Virus record (IMG/VR): IMGVR_UViG_3300042564_002756
Coordinates: 62,001 to 126,000 of that record
Direction: 5' to 3' (one strand)
Source: an uncultured virus (IMG/VR IMGVR_UViG_3300042564_002756)
Lineage: Duplodnaviria > Heunggongvirae > Uroviricota > Caudoviricetes
DNA: 64,000 bases
Part shown: piece by piece, positions 60,292 through 64,000 of the stretch
Numbering within the stretch: the stretch's first letter is position 1
Layout: each line of letters starts with the position of its first letter
Program-made: the position numbers and the translations under genes
Notes under the pieces: model-generated
Seen by the model: the letters and a program-made list of their open reading frames with translations, nothing else
Told to the model about the DNA's origin: nothing
Database searches by the model: none

Positions 60292-61064
60292 TTAGGTTTC
60301 CTTCTCATTAATTCTTCATATGCTTTAGTAAAAAATCTTTTTCTATAAGCACCACCTTTGACATCTATGACTATATCTAAGCTTTTAACAACTAAACGGC
60401 CAGTAGCATCTAATGGTTTTACATATGCAGAACCATCATAGTCCATAATTTTTACTTTTAGGCCATCATAATCAAAGAAGTGATTATTTTTATTTTCAAA
60501 ATACTTTGTAATTAAGCCTTTGCTTTCGAGTGCTCTATTAATACTATACATATCAGCACCCCATTTCTTTTCTTCCTCGGTAGATTTGTAATAAAATTCT
60601 TCTCTAGTTTGAAAGAACTTGTCAATTCTATCTTTATTGTTTTCATTTGAATTGACTAAAACTACAGAGTTTCTTACATACCTTTTTTTAGGGTGCACAA
60701 AGAAACAAAGATCAAATTCATCTTTAAAGAAAGCTTCAACACTACCACATATTAAATGATCAGCACCTGTTAGGATTAATTTACCCATATGATTTTTTAC
60801 AAAATTAGTATTTGCTTTTACTATTGCACCCATTAATGGAACATCAGATAAATTACTTCTAAAGCAATCTATACCATTAGTTTCAGTAAATTCATCAGTT
60901 TGTATTACGAATTTATGGTCTTTAGAGTTATATGCATAGAATGTATTCTTTAACTTTTCTATTGCATCCATATAATCAAAGAAATTTACTCTTTCTCTTA
61001 ATTCTGTAGACATATTTTCGGAAGATTTTTTTAAATTTTTATAGAACGGTGCAAAGGTTATCAT
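60288..61064 (-). CDS. putative nucleotide-sugar transferase-like protein
   Basis: QTD, GADHLI, NSVVLV, WGADMYSIN, VKG; located in the sugar cluster. Confidence 0.5.
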   Translation of the reverse strand: MITFAPFYKNLKKSSENMSTELRERVNFFDYMDAIEKLKNTFYAYNSKDHKFVIQTDEFTETNGIDCFRSNLSDVPLMGAIVKANTNFVKNHMGKLILTGADHLICGSVEAFFKDEFDLCFFVHPKKRYVRNSVVLVNSNENNKDRIDKFFQTREEFYYKSTEEEKKWGADMYSINRALESKGLITKYFENKNNHFFDYDGLKVKIMDYDGSAYVKPLDATGRLVVKSLDIVIDVKGGAYRKRFFTKAYEELMRRKPK

Positions 61065-62106
61065 CTATGGTTTCCTTAATTATTTCAATAACTGTATTTA
61101 CATCAAGATTTGGATATATCGGAAGACTAAGTTGTTTCTTTGCGAGTTTATTTGTGTTTTCTAAGCCGCTTGTATTAAATATGTAAGGACTTTGTGAACT
61201 TACGGGAATATCATAATATACTCTAGTCTGTAATTTACTACTAATTTTACTTATAACATCTTCTCTATTATTTACTAAAATAGTATAAATGTTATAAGAA
61301 TGATTTACGCCAGGTTTAGTTTTTATATTACTAAAATATTTGCTATATTCTCCTGCAATATCTTTCTTTGCAGACATGACGCGACTATAATGTTTAAGTT
61401 TTACGGATAGAAATTCTGCTTGAATATTATCCATTCTATAGTTATAACCAATATCTCCAACTTCCCAATTCCGTAATCGTTTGACTTTATCATAATGTTT
61501 TTCATTATTTGTGATTATGCATCCTGCATCTCCAAGTGCACCTATATTTTTACTTGGATAAAAACTAAAAGTACCTATATCACCGAATGTTCCAACGTGT
61601 TTATCATTTATAGTAGTACCATGTGCCTGACTGCAATCTTCTATTACAGGTATACCATACTTATCTGCTATTTTCATAAGTTCTGGCATATCTACCGCAT
61701 TACCAAATAAATGCACTGGTATGATACACTTGGTCTTCTCTGTGATTTTTTCTTCAACCTTTGAAACATCCATGCAAAATGTTTCTGGATCTATATCTAC
61801 ATATACTGGTATTGCACCTTCATACATTATTGCAGAAACAGTTGCTCTGAATGTATATCCAACTGTAATTATTTCATCACCTGGTTTTATGTTTAATGCT
61901 TTGATTGCAAGATGAAGTGCTGCAGTACCACTAGCAACACATGCAGAATATGATGAACCTACAAAATTTGCAAATTCTTCTTCAAACTTTGATGTACCTA
62001 AAATGTAGTTACCACTTTGTATTATTGTTTCTGCACTAGCATTTAATTCATTAATACAATCTTTATGTATTGCTTGTAGATTAAAGAATGGTATTATTCC
62101 AGCCAT
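61039..62106 (-). CDS. DegT/DnrJ/EryC1/StrS sugar aminotransferase
   Basis: SGTAALHL, IIPVHLFG, IEDCSQAHG, FSFYPSKNIGALGDAG, GYNYRMD, LSLPIYP. Confidence 0.95.
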   Translation of the reverse strand: MAGIIPFFNLQAIHKDCINELNASAETIIQSGNYILGTSKFEEEFANFVGSSYSACVASGTAALHLAIKALNIKPGDEIITVGYTFRATVSAIMYEGAIPVYVDIDPETFCMDVSKVEEKITEKTKCIIPVHLFGNAVDMPELMKIADKYGIPVIEDCSQAHGTTINDKHVGTFGDIGTFSFYPSKNIGALGDAGCIITNNEKHYDKVKRLRNWEVGDIGYNYRMDNIQAEFLSVKLKHYSRVMSAKKDIAGEYSKYFSNIKTKPGVNHSYNIYTILVNNREDVISKISSKLQTRVYYDIPVSSQSPYIFNTSGLENTNKLAKKQLSLPIYPNLDVNTVIEIIKETIDDNLCTVL

Positions 62107-62996
62107 TTTTGTATCCTTCTTGCCTGATAGATATCACTAATCATATTGTCATTATTAGCAATACCATTTATAAATGCTTGTTTAGCCATTTCTAAACCAG
62201 GCATTTGTTTAATTTTTAATTCAATTCCATTTTTACAATTTTCAAATGAAAAGTTTTCATCTATTGGTTTATCAATATTTAAAACATTACAGCGACCATC
62301 TAGATAATTTAAAAGCAATTTTGAACCAGCAATAAAAATTTGTCGTTGTTTAATCGGAGATACCCAACTACATGTAATAGTTGCTCTAAAACCACTTTCA
62401 AATTTTAAATTTATTATAGCGTGATCTGATAATATATTTACATGATAATTCTTTATTTCAGTCTTAGAAATAAGTTTTTGATTTGGAAAAAGAAAATCAA
62501 TGATACTCAAATCATGAATTGCTAAATCATATAGTACATCAACATCCGGTTGAAATAGACCTTGGTGTAATCTATAACTTTCAAAATATAAAGGTTCACC
62601 AAAATCAATATTTTCTTTTATGTGTTGTATTGTAGAGTCATGGCACATAATATGATCAACAAAAACTTTTACTCCCATGTTCTCAGATAGAACAATAAGT
62701 TCATTTATTTCAGTTAAAGATGTGCACGCAGGTTTTTCAATCCACACATGTTTGCCTGTTACTATTGCCTTTTTAGCAAAATCAAAGTGTGTAGCAGCTT
62801 TTGTCGCTATAAGTACTGCTTTGATATTAACATCATTTAATGCTAAATCAAAATTATCATAAATGATTGCATGTGGATATAATTCTTTTAATTGTGGATG
62901 TATTGAGTGATTAGATTCACATATAGCATATAATTCTTTATTGAATGTTCTTGCTATATTTTTACCCCAATAACCATGACCTAATAATAAAAACAT
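62094..62996 (-). CDS. Gfo/Idh/MocA NAD-dependent oxidoreductase
   Basis: GHGYWGKN, GKHVWIEKP, DLAIHDLS. Confidence 0.9.
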   Translation of the reverse strand: MFLLLGHGYWGKNIARTFNKELYAICESNHSIHPQLKELYPHAIIYDNFDLALNDVNIKAVLIATKAATHFDFAKKAIVTGKHVWIEKPACTSLTEINELIVLSENMGVKVFVDHIMCHDSTIQHIKENIDFGEPLYFESYRLHQGLFQPDVDVLYDLAIHDLSIIDFLFPNQKLISKTEIKNYHVNILSDHAIINLKFESGFRATITCSWVSPIKQRQIFIAGSKLLLNYLDGRCNVLNIDKPIDENFSFENCKNGIELKIKQMPGLEMAKQAFINGIANNDNMISDIYQARRIQKWLE

Positions 62997-63584
62997 TTAA
63001 TTTAACTTTCGAAGTTGTTGATATCTATTTATTTCAACGTCTAACATTGCTTCATCTATACTATTTCTAGTCAATGCAATTGTATTTTTCTTTAAATATT
63101 TTGCAGGTGAACCAACGTATGTATTTCCTGGTAATATTGTACTCTTTTTAGTAACAATTGTTCCCATACCTAACATTGAATAAGATCCAATCACTTGAAA
63201 TTGGTGTATCATACAACCAAAACCTATATTAGCATTTTTCATTATTCTACAATGCCCGCCGATCTGCACGGAATTTGATATAGTAGTATTATCTTCTACT
63301 ATGCAATCATGTGCTACATATGAATACATCATTAAATAATTATTAGAACCTATTTCAGTTACTTTAGATAAAACAGTTGGTTTATTTATTGAACAATACT
63401 CTCTAATAACATTGTTATTTCCTATCTTTACAATGCCGTCAGATTTCTCTCGCATATGAACAGCATCAAACCCAATTGTAACATAGGGGTATATTATATT
63501 ACCTTTACCTATGTCAACTACATCCCATTCAATTATTGCAGTTTCATGAATTAGATTACCATTTATCTCTTTAAACCCTTGCAT
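62997..63584 (-). CDS. left-handed beta-helix acyl/acetyltransferase (LpxA-like); start revised to MQGFKE
   Basis: IHETAII, IGNNNVIREYCSI, VAHDC, IHQF..IGSYSMLG, GSPAK. Confidence 0.85.
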   Translation of the reverse strand: MQGFKEINGNLIHETAIIEWDVVDIGKGNIIYPYVTIGFDAVHMREKSDGIVKIGNNNVIREYCSINKPTVLSKVTEIGSNNYLMMYSYVAHDCIVEDNTTISNSVQIGGHCRIMKNANIGFGCMIHQFQVIGSYSMLGMGTIVTKKSTILPGNTYVGSPAKYLKKNTIALTRNSIDEAMLDVEINRYQQLRKLN

Positions 63585-64000
63585 TTTTTTCCTCAAAAAA
63601 TTTATATGCTGCTTTATATAATAAACCTTTTCCAATATCATCATAACTAAAATGCGACATTGCTAAACGCTCTAACCATTCTTGTCTATTATCTGGCATA
63701 TCTGGATTTTCAATTAAACCAAGATTTATATTTGACATAGGATATGCTTGACTCTTTTTTGGATCAAGATCTAATAAAAATACAGGTATACCTTCAATAG
63801 TACTAACAACTGAAGGTGAACTATTATATACTATACAGCACCATGCATCTTTTAGATCTTCTTCTATTCTAGTATTTGATGTTGCACGAATCATATTTTT
63901 AATTTTTGTTTTGTAACTTGCCATCACATGTTCAACTGCAGTATGTAACCGCCCATCACCTGGGTGTTTTCTTATTACTATTTTTCTATCTGTGACTTTA
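63571..64000 (-). CDS. GT-B/capsule-biosynthesis-like protein, 5' end outside the window
   Basis: Frame open to the window edge: RKIVIRKHPGD ... VYNSSPSVVSTIEGIPVF. Confidence 0.65.
   Translation of the reverse strand, partial: KVTDRKIVIRKHPGDGRLHTAVEHVMASYKTKIKNMIRATSNTRIEEDLKDAWCCIVYNSSPSVVSTIEGIPVFLLDLDPKKSQAYPMSNINLGLIENPDMPDNRQEWLERLAMSHFSYDDIGKGLLYKAAYKFFEEKNARV

Noticed and set aside
1..64000. tRNA/rRNA genes, integrase, transposase, reverse transcriptase
   Set aside because: None recognised by eye; tRNAscan-SE and HMM searches would be needed to exclude them fully.

Overview
This 64 kb window is part of a large T4-like (myovirus-type) bacteriophage genome. The Pal-like and SleB-like genes hint at an alphaproteobacterial host, but this is inference. 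Almost all genes are on the minus strand. Region 1-36 kb is an early/accessory region: dozens of short ORFs behind a repeated sigma70-type promoter cassette, plus two RNA ligases, DNA ligase, a Dda/RecD-like helicase, NAD+ salvage genes (NAMPT, NadM-Nudix), a Thg1-like polymerase, Pnk kinase, phosphoesterases, ClpP, NADAR, SleB and a Pal-like protein. Region 36-44 kb carries nucleotide metabolism and replication genes: nrdA fractured by a split intein with a free-standing HNH endonuclease in between, ATP-cone-nrdB, td, DHFR and gp61 primase. Region 44-58.5 kb has lysis genes and a cluster of probable head-internal proteins with T4 capsid-targeting-like N-termini and repeated LDE protease-like linkers. 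Region 58.5-64 kb is a sugar biosynthesis/glycosyltransferase cluster. The best novelty candidate is a covarying tandem-hairpin 5' leader (loops AGAGA and GGAGU) found in front of NAMPT, NadM-Nudix and an uncharacterised HxD...H oxygenase-like gene, suggesting an undescribed NAD-linked post-transcriptional regulon. All calls come from reading motifs by eye; no searches were run. No tRNA, rRNA or CRISPR array was seen.
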